64,000 bases of DNA from an uncultured Solirubrobacteraceae bacterium (GTDB taxonomy: Bacteria > Actinomycetota > Thermoleophilia > Solirubrobacterales > Solirubrobacteraceae), in contig CAVYZV010000005.1 of NCBI GenBank assembly GCA_963773145.1, positions 366,271 to 430,270 on the forward strand, in the 5' to 3' direction. Each line of letters opens with the position of its first letter. The stretch's first letter is position 1. The notes below the pieces were generated by a model. It worked only from the letters and a program-made list of their open reading frames with translations. It did not search any database and was not told where the DNA came from. Shown piece by piece: positions 1 through 10,098 of this stretch. The position numbers and the translations under genes were made by a program.

Positions 1-213
1 GGGAAGCGCCCAGCGCATCGGCGTAGGAGTTCGCCACCCGGCCGGGCGATCCTCCCCACGACCCCGCACGGGGCTCGCCTGCAGGAAGAGTCGGCGTGAT
101 CCGAGCACGGGTTGCGAAGACGGCGTTTCGCTTAGCTGCGGGTTATGCGGCCGGTGAATCATGTCCGCCCGCCGTCGGAACCGTCGCGACGGCGGGTAGC
201 CTGACCGCGACCC

Positions 214-918
214 ATGCCCCGGCCCACAACCCCGAAACGCCCACCGAACCGCGCCCTCCTGGGCCTCGTGCTGCTGCTCTGCGCGCTGATCGTGGTCGCC
301 TGCGGGAAGTCCTCGCCGTCCTCCTCGACCTCCGCGAGCGTGGCACAGGAGTCCAGCACGACCGGCGCCACCGGCGGCGGCTCAGCCACCGCCCCCGGGG
401 GCGGCTCCACGACCGGGACGACCGGCACCGGATCGACCGGCGGCACGACCTCGAGCACCGGCTCGTCGGGCTCGACCCAGCCGGGGCACAGGGCCCACGG
501 CCACGGCAAGCGGGAAACGAAAGCGACCTCCCGCGCCGGCACCAAGCGCGGCCGCGTGAAGGGCTCCAACCTGCGCCGCTGCCTGGAACAGAACGGGGTC
601 AAGTCCCACTCCTCCGGCTCCAAGGGCACCACCCCGGCCCAGCTGCAGGCGGCTCTCAAGCGCTGCAACCCGCAGCTGGCTCGGCGGACGGGCTTGGGGC
701 CCTCCTCGGCGGTGCGCCGCAAAGTGCTCGCCAGGCCCGGCTACCGCCAGGCGCTGGCCCGCTTCACCAGCTGCATGCGCGCGCACGGCGTACCGAACTT
801 CCCCGAAGCCAACACGTCCGGAAACGGTCCCCTGTACCCCGCCGGCGCCGTCAAGCCGACACCCCAGGTACGCGCCGCCCAGCGAGCCTGCATCAGCCAG
901 CTCAAGGTGCGGCATTGA
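214..918 (+). CDS. Putative lipoprotein with Ser/Thr/Gly-rich linker and Cys-containing C-terminal domain
   Basis: Hydrophobic signal ending VVAC (lipobox-like), low-complexity S/T/G tract, C-terminal FTSCMRAHGVPNFPE segment. Confidence 0.7.
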   Translation: MPRPTTPKRPPNRALLGLVLLLCALIVVACGKSSPSSSTSASVAQESSTTGATGGGSATAPGGGSTTGTTGTGSTGGTTSSTGSSGSTQPGHRAHGHGKRETKATSRAGTKRGRVKGSNLRRCLEQNGVKSHSSGSKGTTPAQLQAALKRCNPQLARRTGLGPSSAVRRKVLARPGYRQALARFTSCMRAHGVPNFPEANTSGNGPLYPAGAVKPTPQVRAAQRACISQLKVRH

Positions 919-939
919 GCGCCGCGCCGGCCCGGCGGG

Positions 940-2292
940 TCAGGTACAGGCCAGCAGCTCGCTGATCGCCACGTCGATGTCGTGGGCCAGCATGTGTGCG
1001 TCGGGGAGCGCTTCGCGGTCGGCGTAGACGCCGAAGCAGGCGCGGCGGCAGACGGTCGTCATGCCGATCGAGACGCGGTGGCGGTCCGACAGCGGCACCA
1101 CCGGATAGACGGATTCCAGCCGGCAGCCGTGCATGTACATCGGCACCGGCGGGCCCGGGATGTTCGAGACCACGAGGTTGTACGTACGCGGGCTCGCGAT
1201 CAGGCGTGAGAAGACGCTCTGCACGATCCCCGGCCCCAGCTGGGCCGCCTTCAGCGCCAGGTCAGCGCCCTCCGGCTCGCGGTGCTGCTTGCGCGAGCTC
1301 ATCGTGTCGTGCACGCGGTACAGCCGGCCGAGCGGGTCGGGGACGTCGCACGGGAGCTCCGCGAACACGAACGAGATGTGGTTTCCCAGCACGTCGTCGT
1401 CGCTGCGCACGCTGACCGGCACCATCGCCTTCAGCGCCACCGGCTCCTCGCCGTGCTCGGCCAGGTAGGTGCGCATCCCGCCCGCCACGGCCGCCAGCAT
1501 GACGTCGTTGATCGTGGTCCCATAGGCCTGCTTGATCCGGCTGAGGTCTTCCAGCGGCCGCTCCGCCCACGCCAGGCGCCGCAGCGGCGAGAGCGAGCGG
1601 TTCAGAGCGCTCGTGGGGGCGCCGCTGAGCAGCGAGTGGCCCATCGCCCGCGTGATCCGCGCGGCTCCACCGGCCACCGAGCGGGCGGCACGGGCGGGAG
1701 ATGTGGCGACCCTCACCGGCGCCCGCAGCAGGTTCGCATCAGCCGCCAGCAGGTCCCGCACCCCACGCGCCAGCAACCGCTCGCCGCCGGGTTCGGGGTC
1801 GGGGATCCAGGACTCCGCGGGAGGCGGGTCGGCCTCGGGCGAGGTGTCCAGCAGCAGCGACCCCAGCTCCACCGCGGCGAGCCCGTCCACCATGCAGTGG
1901 TGGGCCTTGCCGATCAGCGCGAAGCGGTTGTCCTCCGGTTCCTGGCAGATCCACATCTCCCACAGCGGGCGGTTGCGGCGCAGGGGCATCGACATGACTT
2001 CGTCCACCAGCCCCGGCAGCGGCCCCGGCGCCCCGTACAGGTGGCGGTCGATCGCGAAGCTCTCGTCGTCCACCCACTCGGGGGCGTTGAGGTTGAAGGG
2101 CACCTGGGCGAGCTTCTGCCGGTAGCGGGGCGCCCGCACGAGGCGCCGCTCGATGTGCTCGCGCAGCTCGCCGAAGGAGGGCAGCGGCACGCCGGGCGTG
2201 CCCGAGAAGACCGCCACCCAGCCGACGTGCATGTGGGCCGCCGGCGTCTCGACCGCGAGGAATGAGGCGTCGAGACCGGACAGGCGTGCCAT
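940..2292 (-). CDS. Wax ester synthase/diacylglycerol acyltransferase (WS/DGAT)
   Basis: N-terminus MARLSGLDASFL..HMHVG, catalytic HHCMVDG (HHxxxDG), NLVVSNIPGP. ATG at 2292 overlaps the upstream stop (TGATG). Confidence 0.92.
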   Translation of the reverse strand: MARLSGLDASFLAVETPAAHMHVGWVAVFSGTPGVPLPSFGELREHIERRLVRAPRYRQKLAQVPFNLNAPEWVDDESFAIDRHLYGAPGPLPGLVDEVMSMPLRRNRPLWEMWICQEPEDNRFALIGKAHHCMVDGLAAVELGSLLLDTSPEADPPPAESWIPDPEPGGERLLARGVRDLLAADANLLRAPVRVATSPARAARSVAGGAARITRAMGHSLLSGAPTSALNRSLSPLRRLAWAERPLEDLSRIKQAYGTTINDVMLAAVAGGMRTYLAEHGEEPVALKAMVPVSVRSDDDVLGNHISFVFAELPCDVPDPLGRLYRVHDTMSSRKQHREPEGADLALKAAQLGPGIVQSVFSRLIASPRTYNLVVSNIPGPPVPMYMHGCRLESVYPVVPLSDRHRVSIGMTTVCRRACFGVYADREALPDAHMLAHDIDVAISELLACT

Positions 2293-3545
2293 CAGGCGAA
2301 CAGCGGTTGACGGGGACCCCGGCGCAGCCACTGCTCCGGACCCATCTCGGGCAGGCGGCGGTGGGCTGGCGGGCGACCGAGGCCGAGTCCCACGCGCGGC
2401 AGCTCGCGCTTGCCCCATTCGGCGGCCATGGCGTAGGAGATCAACGTGTCGAAGTACTCGTACAGCGGCGCCGGCTCGATCCCGCTGCCGTGCAGCAGCG
2501 CACGCGTACGGCGGTCGTCGTAGTGCACGCGGGCGTTGAAGTACGGGAAGAAGATCTCGCTGCGCCGCAACGCGCGGCGCTGGCGCTCGTCGCGACCGGC
2601 CCGCACCATCACCGGGTGCAGCACGCGCCGGTACAGGTCGGGCTCGACCAGCCGCGGGGCCGGCCGGTCGAAGAAGGTCCGGGCGAGCTCCACCAGTTCT
2701 CCTACGCTGCTCACGTGCCGCCCCGCGGTCACGTGCAGGGTCGCACCGACGGCGTGCGGTGACTGGGAGAGGGCAAACGTGGCATCGGCCACGTAGTCGA
2801 CCGGGACGACGTCGACGGGAGCCGAGCCGCGCGCCGGCAGCACCCGGTAGGCGCCGCGCGAGAAGGCGCGCAGCGGCCAGTAGATGACGTTGAAGCTGGG
2901 GGTCCAGCCGCTCTCGCGCTCGCCCACGACGATGCTGGGCCGCACGACCGTGACGGGCATCCGCGAGCGCCAGCGTTTGACGGTCCCCTCGGCCTCGAAC
3001 TTGGAGCGCTCGTATGGGTTGCGGAAGCGCTGACCGACGTCGAGGTCGTCCTCGCTGAACGTGCCCGCGTGCTCGCCCGCCACATAGGCGGTTGACAGAT
3101 GTGTGAAGCGCCGCAGGCCATCCCCGGCCGTCTGGCAGAGCTCGGCGAACTCGAGCATCCGCCGCGTGCCACCGACGTTGATCGCGCGCGAGGCCGCCAG
3201 CGGCAGCTCGAAGGACACCGAGGCCGCGCCGTGGACGATCTCGTCGATGCGGTCGGCGAGCGGCCAGGCCTGCCGCCCGAGGCCGAGCCCGTCCTTGGTG
3301 ACGTCCCCGCGCACGGCCACCACGCGTTCGCCATAGGGGTGCTCGGGGCCGAAAAGGCAGCGCAGCGTGCGCCGCAGCCGGCGGGTCGCCGCGCCCTGAT
3401 CGCCGGCACGAACGAGCGCGTAGACCGGGCGATCGGTGTGTTCGAGGTAGCGCGCCAACAGCTCCATGCCCAGGAACCCGGTGGCGCCGGTGAGCAGTAC
3501 CCCGTCCTGGCGGGACCGGTACTGCTCCTCTGCGTTGAAGGTCAT
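2292..3545 (-). CDS. Extended SDR / fatty acyl-CoA reductase-like (male-sterility NAD-binding domain)
   Basis: LLTGATGFLG, IVHGAASVSF, STAYVAG, YERSK (YxxxK), VRPSIVVG, DVVPVDYVA. Confidence 0.85.
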   Translation of the reverse strand: MTFNAEEQYRSRQDGVLLTGATGFLGMELLARYLEHTDRPVYALVRAGDQGAATRRLRRTLRCLFGPEHPYGERVVAVRGDVTKDGLGLGRQAWPLADRIDEIVHGAASVSFELPLAASRAINVGGTRRMLEFAELCQTAGDGLRRFTHLSTAYVAGEHAGTFSEDDLDVGQRFRNPYERSKFEAEGTVKRWRSRMPVTVVRPSIVVGERESGWTPSFNVIYWPLRAFSRGAYRVLPARGSAPVDVVPVDYVADATFALSQSPHAVGATLHVTAGRHVSSVGELVELARTFFDRPAPRLVEPDLYRRVLHPVMVRAGRDERQRRALRRSEIFFPYFNARVHYDDRRTRALLHGSGIEPAPLYEYFDTLISYAMAAEWGKRELPRVGLGLGRPPAHRRLPEMGPEQWLRRGPRQPLFA

Positions 3546-3822
3546 CTAGCTAAAAGGCCCGATCGTCCAGACGTCGCTTGCGATCACGCGAGCGGTCATC
3601 CGGTCCACGACGCGCGGCCCCACCTATGTACTGATACTCCTGCTCGGCGGCCGCGAAGGTTCCGTTTCCCGGAATGCGCGACGACAAACTCCGACTGGCC
3701 GAAGAAATGTCGTGCAAACAGCGAGCATCGCCGGAAAGGGCGCGGGAGGGCCCTTTCGACGGGCCCCGGCGGCGCCACCGCGGGGGGGCGCCTCGGACCC
3801 GAAGGCGGCCCCGGCCGGGCGC

Positions 3823-4716
3823 CTAGACCGTCAGGACGATCTTGCCGCGGGCGTGACCGGACTCGCTCAGCGCGTGGGCACGCTGGACCTCGGCGAGCGG
3901 CAGCACCTCGCCCAGCTCGACCCGGATCACGCCGTCGGCCACGACCCTCCCCAGGCGCTCGAGCTCCGCGGCGTCCGGGCTCATGATCAGCAGCTGGGCG
4001 TCCACTTCCCGCTCGGCCGCTCCCTCGGGGGGAGCGCCGGCGATCACGACCATGCGCCCTCCGGGGCGGATCATCCCGAGCAGCTCCTGGGTGCCGTGGC
4101 CGGCGACGTCGAACACGAGGTCCACGCCGCTGGCGGCGCCGGCGACGTCTTCGCTGGTGTAGTCGATGAACCGCTGCGCTCCGAGGCCGAGCACGAAATC
4201 TCTGCTGCGCGGCGAGCCCGTGGCCAGCACCTGCGCGCCCGCGTTGGCGGCCAGCTGTACGGCCAGGTGGCCCACGCCGCCCGAGGCGCCGCTGATGAGC
4301 ACCGTCTGGCCGCGCTCCAGGCGCCCGCGCTCGAACAGCGCCTGCCAGGCGGTCAGCACGGCCACCGGCAGTGCCGCCGCCTGTTCGTGGCTGAGGTGGT
4401 CGGGCTTGTGGGCGAGCGTGGCCGGCAGGCCGATCCCGAACTCGGCGTAGGAGCCGCTGCTGAGCCACCCGAACACCTCTTCGCCGGCGCTGAAGCCCTC
4501 CGCGTTGGAGACCTCCACCACTCCGGAGGCGTCGCTGCCGAGGATCGCGGGCAGCTGCTTGGGCATCAGCCCACGCCTCAGCTTCCAGTCGATCGGGTTG
4601 ACCGAGGCCGCGTGCACACGAACGAGCACCTCGCCGTCGGCGGGCACGGGTTGCTCGACCTCCTCGAGCTGCAGAACCTCGACATCCCCCGTCTCGTGGA
4701 TCACCGCCGCGCGCAT
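3823..4716 (-). CDS. NADP-dependent oxidoreductase (MDR/quinone oxidoreductase family)
   Basis: VRVHAASVNPIDWK, GASGGVGHLAVQLA, GHARGKIVL. AGGAGG RBS upstream of ATG 4716. Confidence 0.9.
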   Translation of the reverse strand: MRAAVIHETGDVEVLQLEEVEQPVPADGEVLVRVHAASVNPIDWKLRRGLMPKQLPAILGSDASGVVEVSNAEGFSAGEEVFGWLSSGSYAEFGIGLPATLAHKPDHLSHEQAAALPVAVLTAWQALFERGRLERGQTVLISGASGGVGHLAVQLAANAGAQVLATGSPRSRDFVLGLGAQRFIDYTSEDVAGAASGVDLVFDVAGHGTQELLGMIRPGGRMVVIAGAPPEGAAEREVDAQLLIMSPDAAELERLGRVVADGVIRVELGEVLPLAEVQRAHALSESGHARGKIVLTV

Positions 4717-4753
4717 CGGGCCTCCTCTGGGTCGCTGGGCGGGGCGAGTGTAG

Positions 4754-6240
4754 TCACTCCACGACCACGCGGACGGTGTGCAGCAGGCGGTCGCTGGCGC
4801 CCCGGACGCTGCCACCCTGCTCGAGCGTGCGACGCACGAAGGCGAGCGTCTCGGCCGTCAGGCGCTCGCCCGGGAGCACGTTGGGGATCCCGGGCGGGTA
4901 GGTCGCCAGCGACTCCGCCGCGATGCGCCCGGCGGCGCGCTCGGCGGCGACCACCTCCTGGGCGTCCGAGGTAGGCGTCGCGGGGCGTCATCGCGAGCTC
5001 GCCCCAGGGCGGCGCGGCGGCGAAGCTCGACTCCCGGCCCGAGGGCTCGACCCCGACCTGCGCGACGGCCCGCCGCAGGGCCGCCACCAGACGGCCGGCC
5101 TCGGCCAGCGAGCGCTCGGCCATGCCGAACACGGCCACGAGCACGTTCTGGCCGTAGAGCTCGAGGTTGATGTCGTCGAGCTCGCGCAGCAGCGGCGCCA
5201 GCTCGTAGCCGGTGGCGGCCACGCCGCGGATGTCGACCGCCAGCCGCAGCGGGTCGTAGGCGAACACTCCGGGGCGCCCCACGAGGCGCTCGTCGAGCAC
5301 GTCCAGGCCCTCGATCGCGCGGATCTCTGCGCGCGCGCCGCGCGAGCGCGTCGATCGTCTTCGAGAGCGAGGTCCGTCCCGCGGTGACCGGCGTCCCGGC
5401 GGGCCGCGTCGAGCGAGGCGAGCAGCAGCGAGCTGGGGCTCGTGGACTCGGTCAGCGTGACCGCCCGGTCGACCTCCTGCTCGCCCATCAGCGAGCTCGT
5501 GGGCGAGGTGCAGCATGGCCGACTGGGTGAGGCTGCCGACGATCTTGTGGGTGCTCGAGATCACGAGGTCGGCGCCGGCCGCGAGGGCGTGCTCGGGCAG
5601 CTGCTCGTGGAAGGCGAGGTGGGCGCCCCAGGCCTCGTCCACGATCAGCGGGATGCCGTGCTCGTGGGCGATCTCCGCCAGCGCACGGACGTCCGCCACG
5701 GCCCCGAAGTAGGTCGGGGAGACGACCAGCGCGCCGGCGGCGTCGGGCGTCAGCGGCGAGCGCTTCGCGCAGCGTCTCGCGGGGCCAGGCAGTGGGCGAT
5801 GCCGAGCTCGGCGTCGAGCTCGGGAGCGGCGAAGGTGGGGCGCATCCCCGAGAGGACGAGCGCGTCGATCGTGCTCGAGTGGGCGTTGCGCTGGACGATC
5901 ACCTTCGTCGCCGCGGTGGGCGAGCGCGAGGCCCGCCGCGAGGTTGCCCTGCGAGGCGCCGTTGACCAGGAACCACGCTCGCCGGGCCCCCCACGCCTCG
6001 GCCGCGAGCGTCTGTGCCGCGGCGAAGGCGGTCGGCTCCGGCGCCGAGGTCGACGCCGTAGGTCAGGGCCGGGATGTCGAGCGCCAGCGCCCGCTCGCCG
6101 AGCGCCTCGAGCAGCCCCTCGTCGGCGCCCTGACCGCCCTTGTGGCCGGGCACGTGCAGGCGGGCCGGGTCGCGCCCGGCGTAGGCGATCAGGGCATCGA
6201 GGTAGGGCGTCTGGGCGTGGCGCTGGTCGTGGGCGCTCAA
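4754..6240 (-). pseudogene. Orn/Lys/Arg decarboxylase (PLP-dependent), split over several frames by multiple frameshifts (sequencing error or decay)
   Basis: Collinear fragments in different frames: TPYLDAL..LHVPGHKGG, IVDEAWGAH, SSTHK (PLP Lys), ESTSPSSLLLASLD, AESLATYPPGIP. Confidence 0.8.
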
Positions 6241-6250
6241 CGCCGCCGAC

Positions 6251-7034
6251 CTACCGCGCGGCGGCCGGCTGGAGCGCGGCGGGGGCCCGGCGGTGCTCGG
6301 CGTACATCCGCATCGCGTGCGCTCCGGCGGGGTGCTCGCGGGCGCTCAGCACCAGCCGCGCGGTGCTGGCGGGGAGCAGCTCGGGCTGCGGCAGCTCCAC
6401 GCCGTAACCCGGCGGCATCAGCACCGGGGCGCACAGCGCGGCGAACGTCAGGTCGGCCACCGTGAAGCGCTCCCCCGACAGGTAGGGACGCCCGTCGGAG
6501 AGCAGCTCGGCGACACGGTCGAGCTCGCGCCAGACGAGCGCCTCGTCCTCCCGCTCGACCCCGGGACGGATCCCCAGCACCCGCGCGATCAGCCGCTCGA
6601 ACAGCGGCAGCCCGGCGCGCAGCACGCGGTCCTCCCAGGCCGGGACCCCCTGGTCGTTGAAGCGCAGCATCAGCTTGCGGTCGCCGGCGAACATGTGCAC
6701 GTACACGAGACGTCGCCCGGCCGGCCCCAGCAGCTCGTCGAAACGGGCGCAGAGGGCGCGCAGCTCGCCGCGCTCCTGCTCGGAGGCGCCTGACAGCCGC
6801 AACGAGGGCTCGACGCGGGCATCGACCCAGTCCAGGATCTGGGCGGACTCGCCGATCGACTCCTGCGGCGTGACGAGCACCGGCACGGTGATACCGCCCG
6901 CCGGCGCGGCGGGCCGCGAGCTGGTGGATCCCCTGTACGTGACGCTCCTCGCGGTATCCGATCCCGGCCCGGTCGAGCGCCCAGCGCGCCTTCTCGCAGT
7001 AGTGGCTGATCGGGATCGTGACGAGGCGCAGCAC
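6251..7034 (-). CDS. Glutathione S-transferase family protein, one frameshift near 6898
   Basis: N-terminal IPISHYCEKARWALD continues in another frame as TVPVLV..ES..IL; C-terminal YLSGERFTVADLTFAAL. Confidence 0.8.
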
Positions 7035-7043
7035 GCGAGCCGT

Positions 7044-7976
7044 CTAGGTGCGGCCGGCCAGCCGCCAGGCCGGTGGGTACGGCAGCGGGGTGAGCCTCGC
7101 TTCCAGCTGCTCGCGCAGGGGCTCGAACCTGGGCGGCAGCGAGAGCCCCTCACCGAGATGGGCCTCGTCCTCGTCGACGGCGAAGCCGGGGCCGATGGTG
7201 GCGATCTCGAACAGCACCCCGCTGGGCTCGCGGAAGTAGATCGAGCGGAAGTAGAAGCGGTCGATCTCGGGCGTCGGATGCGCCCCGCCCTCGATCGCAC
7301 GCTGGCGCCAGGCGTCGTGGTCGGCCATCTCGCAGCCGAAGGCGATGTGGTGCACGCTCCCGGCTCCCTGCAGGGAGGGTCCGGCGGGCGGTGGGTCATA
7401 GACCCAGGTACCGCGCCGCCGCTCTCCCTGGACCGTCCAGCTGCCCTCGCCGGCGCGCTCAAAACCCAGCCCCTGCTCGAGCAGGCCGTCGCTGTGGCTC
7501 GGATCGCCGGCGTACGCCCGCGCCCCCTCGAATCCGAGCAGGGCGTGCTCGGCTGGGATCTCCGGCGAGTCGGCTCGCAGCGGCTCATCGGGCGCGTCGC
7601 TGGGCACGAGCTCGTGCTCGAGGCCCTCGGGATCGGCGAAGATCAGCCCGCCATCGCTGCGCCGGCTCTCCACATCGGCCCCCGCCAGGCGCTCCTGCCA
7701 GAAGTCGAGCGCCTCGGGCGAGCCCACCCGCCAGAGGATGCGGTGGATCATCCCCGCGCCCGCGCGGCCGGGAGCGGCCCCCGGGTACTCGAAGAACGTC
7801 AGGTCCATCCCGGGCGAGCCGTCCTCGTCCCCGTAGAAGAGGTGGTACACGGTCGGGTCGTCCTGGTTGACCGTGCGCTTGACCATCCGCAGGCCCAGCA
7901 GACCCGTGTAGAACTCGACGTTCCGGGGGGCGTCACCGGTGATCGCTGTGATGTGGTGGACACCCTCGAGCCTCAT
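7044..7976 (-). CDS. Ring-cleaving dioxygenase / VOC glyoxalase family (MhqA/O-like)
   Basis: GVHHITAI, VKRTVNQDDPTVYHLFYG, GAGSVHHIAF, DRFYFRSIYFREPSGVLFEIAT. Confidence 0.92.
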   Translation of the reverse strand: MRLEGVHHITAITGDAPRNVEFYTGLLGLRMVKRTVNQDDPTVYHLFYGDEDGSPGMDLTFFEYPGAAPGRAGAGMIHRILWRVGSPEALDFWQERLAGADVESRRSDGGLIFADPEGLEHELVPSDAPDEPLRADSPEIPAEHALLGFEGARAYAGDPSHSDGLLEQGLGFERAGEGSWTVQGERRRGTWVYDPPPAGPSLQGAGSVHHIAFGCEMADHDAWRQRAIEGGAHPTPEIDRFYFRSIYFREPSGVLFEIATIGPGFAVDEDEAHLGEGLSLPPRFEPLREQLEARLTPLPYPPAWRLAGRT

Positions 7977-8021
7977 CGCGGCCAACTCTAGTACGCGGGC
8001 TCGGGCTGGAATGATCGCCCC

Positions 8022-8789
8022 GTGAAGGACGGCCAGCTGATCCCCCAGTTCGGTCGCGCCCGTCGCGACCCGGGACTGGCGGTGCTCGAAGGCTTCCACC
8101 CCGTCAAGCATGCGCTCAGGTTCGGCGCGCGCCTCGAGCTGCTCGTCACCAGCGACCCCGGCGAACTGCGCCGGCTCGCCGATGCCCTCGCTCCCGACCT
8201 CGGCCCCAGGCTGGCCGAGGCCCGGGTCCTCGAGCGGGCGGTGTTCGAGCAGCTCTCGCCGCTGGCGCCGAGCACCTCGGTGATGGCGATCGCCGCGCGT
8301 CCTCTCGTGACGGGCGCGGAGCTGCTCGCGAGCCCTCACCCGGCCCCGGTGATCCTGCTCGAGGACCCCCGCGACCTCGGCAACATGGGCGCCTGCGTGC
8401 GCGTGGCGGCCGCCGCCGACGCCGCCGGGGTGCTGACCACCGGCACGCACGACCCGTGGCATCCGGACGCGCTGCGGGGCGCCGCCGGCCTGCACTTCGC
8501 CCTGCCGGTGACGCGGCTGGACGGCCTGCGGGAGATCGAGGACGGCCCGCGGCCCCTGTTGGCGCTCGATCCCGAGGGAGATCCGCTCGACGCCGCGAGC
8601 CTGCCCCCGCAATCGGTGCTCGCCTTCGGCACCGAGCGCCACGGCCTCAGCCCGGAGCTCACCGAGCGTGCCCAGCAGCTGATCAGGATCCCGATGCGCG
8701 ACGGCGTCTCGAGCCTGAACCTCGCCACCGCGGTGGCGGCCGTCCTGTTCGCCTGGAGGACGGTGACGGAGGGCCCGGAAGGACCATGA
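8022..8789 (+). CDS. TrmH/SpoU family RNA 2'-O-methyltransferase
   Basis: LEDPRDLGNMGACVR, FGTERHGL, IPMRDGVSSLNLATA SPOUT motifs. Confidence 0.9.
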   Translation: MKDGQLIPQFGRARRDPGLAVLEGFHPVKHALRFGARLELLVTSDPGELRRLADALAPDLGPRLAEARVLERAVFEQLSPLAPSTSVMAIAARPLVTGAELLASPHPAPVILLEDPRDLGNMGACVRVAAAADAAGVLTTGTHDPWHPDALRGAAGLHFALPVTRLDGLREIEDGPRPLLALDPEGDPLDAASLPPQSVLAFGTERHGLSPELTERAQQLIRIPMRDGVSSLNLATAVAAVLFAWRTVTEGPEGP

Positions 8790-8984
8790 CGGCGAGCGCC
8801 GAAAGCCTTCCCCATCTCCGGCTTGGCCTATCTGGCCGCCTCGGCGGCCGTGCTGCTCGCCTTCTGGGCGACCGTGGTGCTGGCGCTCGCGCGAACGGCG
8901 GGCGCGGCTGACCGGGAGCTGAGGATCGCGGACCGCGTCCTGCGGGGCCCGGAGCGGCGGCTATCGGCCGCCGCGGAGCGTGAG

Positions 8985-9275
8985 TTAGGCGGCCGCGGCC
9001 GGGTTGGCCCGCGCCCACTCGACGATCGGCTTGGAGTCGTCGATCACGGTGCCGTCGTCGAGGACCAGCGTCGGCACCATGCGGTTGCCGGTCAGCTCCT
9101 GGACCTCCTTGCGCCCGGTGGTCTGGTTGAAGACCGCGGGCAGCACGCCCAGCCCATAGGACTTCACGACCTCCGGCTCGTAGCCGGCGTCACGGAGCGC
9201 GTGGTAGGCGTTCGCACAGGGGTGCCCGCCCGGTCTGGGCGTGGAGAACGTTCCCCAGCAGACGTATAGCTTCAT
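8985..9275 (-). CDS. Glutaredoxin/GST-N-like small thioredoxin-fold protein
   Basis: [32 protein letters not shown] (cis-Pro loop). ATGA overlap with the upstream gene. Confidence 0.8.
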   Translation of the reverse strand: MKLYVCWGTFSTPRPGGHPCANAYHALRDAGYEPEVVKSYGLGVLPAVFNQTTGRKEVQELTGNRMVPTLVLDDGTVIDDSKPIVEWARANPAAAA

Positions 9276-10024
9276 TTGATCACCAGTGTCCCTTCCATGC
9301 CGGCCTGGCGGTGCCCCGGGACCGAGCAGTAGAACGTGTATTTGCCGGGCTTGAGGTTGAGGGTCACGGCCTTCGTCCCGCCGATGAAGGTGGGGGTGGC
9401 GCCCAGCACCTTGGCGCCTTCGGCGATCGTGACGTTGTGTTCGAGCGGGCTCTTGTTCGTCATCGTGATCGTCACGGAGCCCGCCTTCGCGGCCAGCGCC
9501 TTGGTGTTGTAGGCCAGCTGGGTGCCCGGGACGCTGAGCGCCAGCTTGGTCGCGTTGGGCGTCGGCTGGTGCGGGCTGGTGGCGGCCGGGGCCTTTTTGG
9601 CGGGCGTCCTGGACGGCGTCGTCGTCGTCGTCGAGCTCGGCGTGCCACCGGTTTCGGGCGCAGCGGGGGCGGCGGCTCCTTCCGAGGGCGCGGGCGCGGT
9701 GCCGGGCGGGGACGGCTCGGGTGCGGCCACTTCGTGCGCGATTTTCGCCGTCACCGCCGCTTCCGCGGCCTTCGCCGCTTCGGTCTTCTCGGGGCTCCCG
9801 GAGGTCGCCACGGCGGCGAGGAGCGTGGCCACCACCAGCACCGCGCTGATCGCGATCACCAGCCGCTCTCCGCGCGAGTTGGTCGGGAACTCCGGGCGCA
9901 GGGTGCCGATCGCCAGGGACAGGCCGAAGGCCCACACGATCAGCACGCCGCCCGCGATGTAAAAGGGGGTTTTGCTCTTCTCGGCCGCCAGGAGTGGGGC
10001 CAGCTGCAGGGACAGCGCGTGCAC
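9272..10024 (-). CDS. Membrane-anchored cupredoxin (plastocyanin/azurin family)
   Basis: Two N-terminal TM helices, Pro/Thr linker, type-1 Cu ligands HNV ... YCSVPGHRQAGM. Confidence 0.88.
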   Translation of the reverse strand: MHALSLQLAPLLAAEKSKTPFYIAGGVLIVWAFGLSLAIGTLRPEFPTNSRGERLVIAISAVLVVATLLAAVATSGSPEKTEAAKAAEAAVTAKIAHEVAAPEPSPPGTAPAPSEGAAAPAAPETGGTPSSTTTTTPSRTPAKKAPAATSPHQPTPNATKLALSVPGTQLAYNTKALAAKAGSVTITMTNKSPLEHNVTIAEGAKVLGATPTFIGGTKAVTLNLKPGKYTFYCSVPGHRQAGMEGTLVIK

Positions 10025-10098
10025 GGTCAGCGCGCGAGCCTAGCCGATGGACTTGCGGGTATGCTCCGCCGGCCGTCGACCCGGGGGGTAGAAACACC

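Noticed and set aside
8786-9269. Small membrane protein after the TrmH gene
   Set aside because: A hydrophobic stretch exists, but the ATGA-coupled start is in another frame and the ORF runs antisense through the glutaredoxin-like gene; it cannot be delimited.
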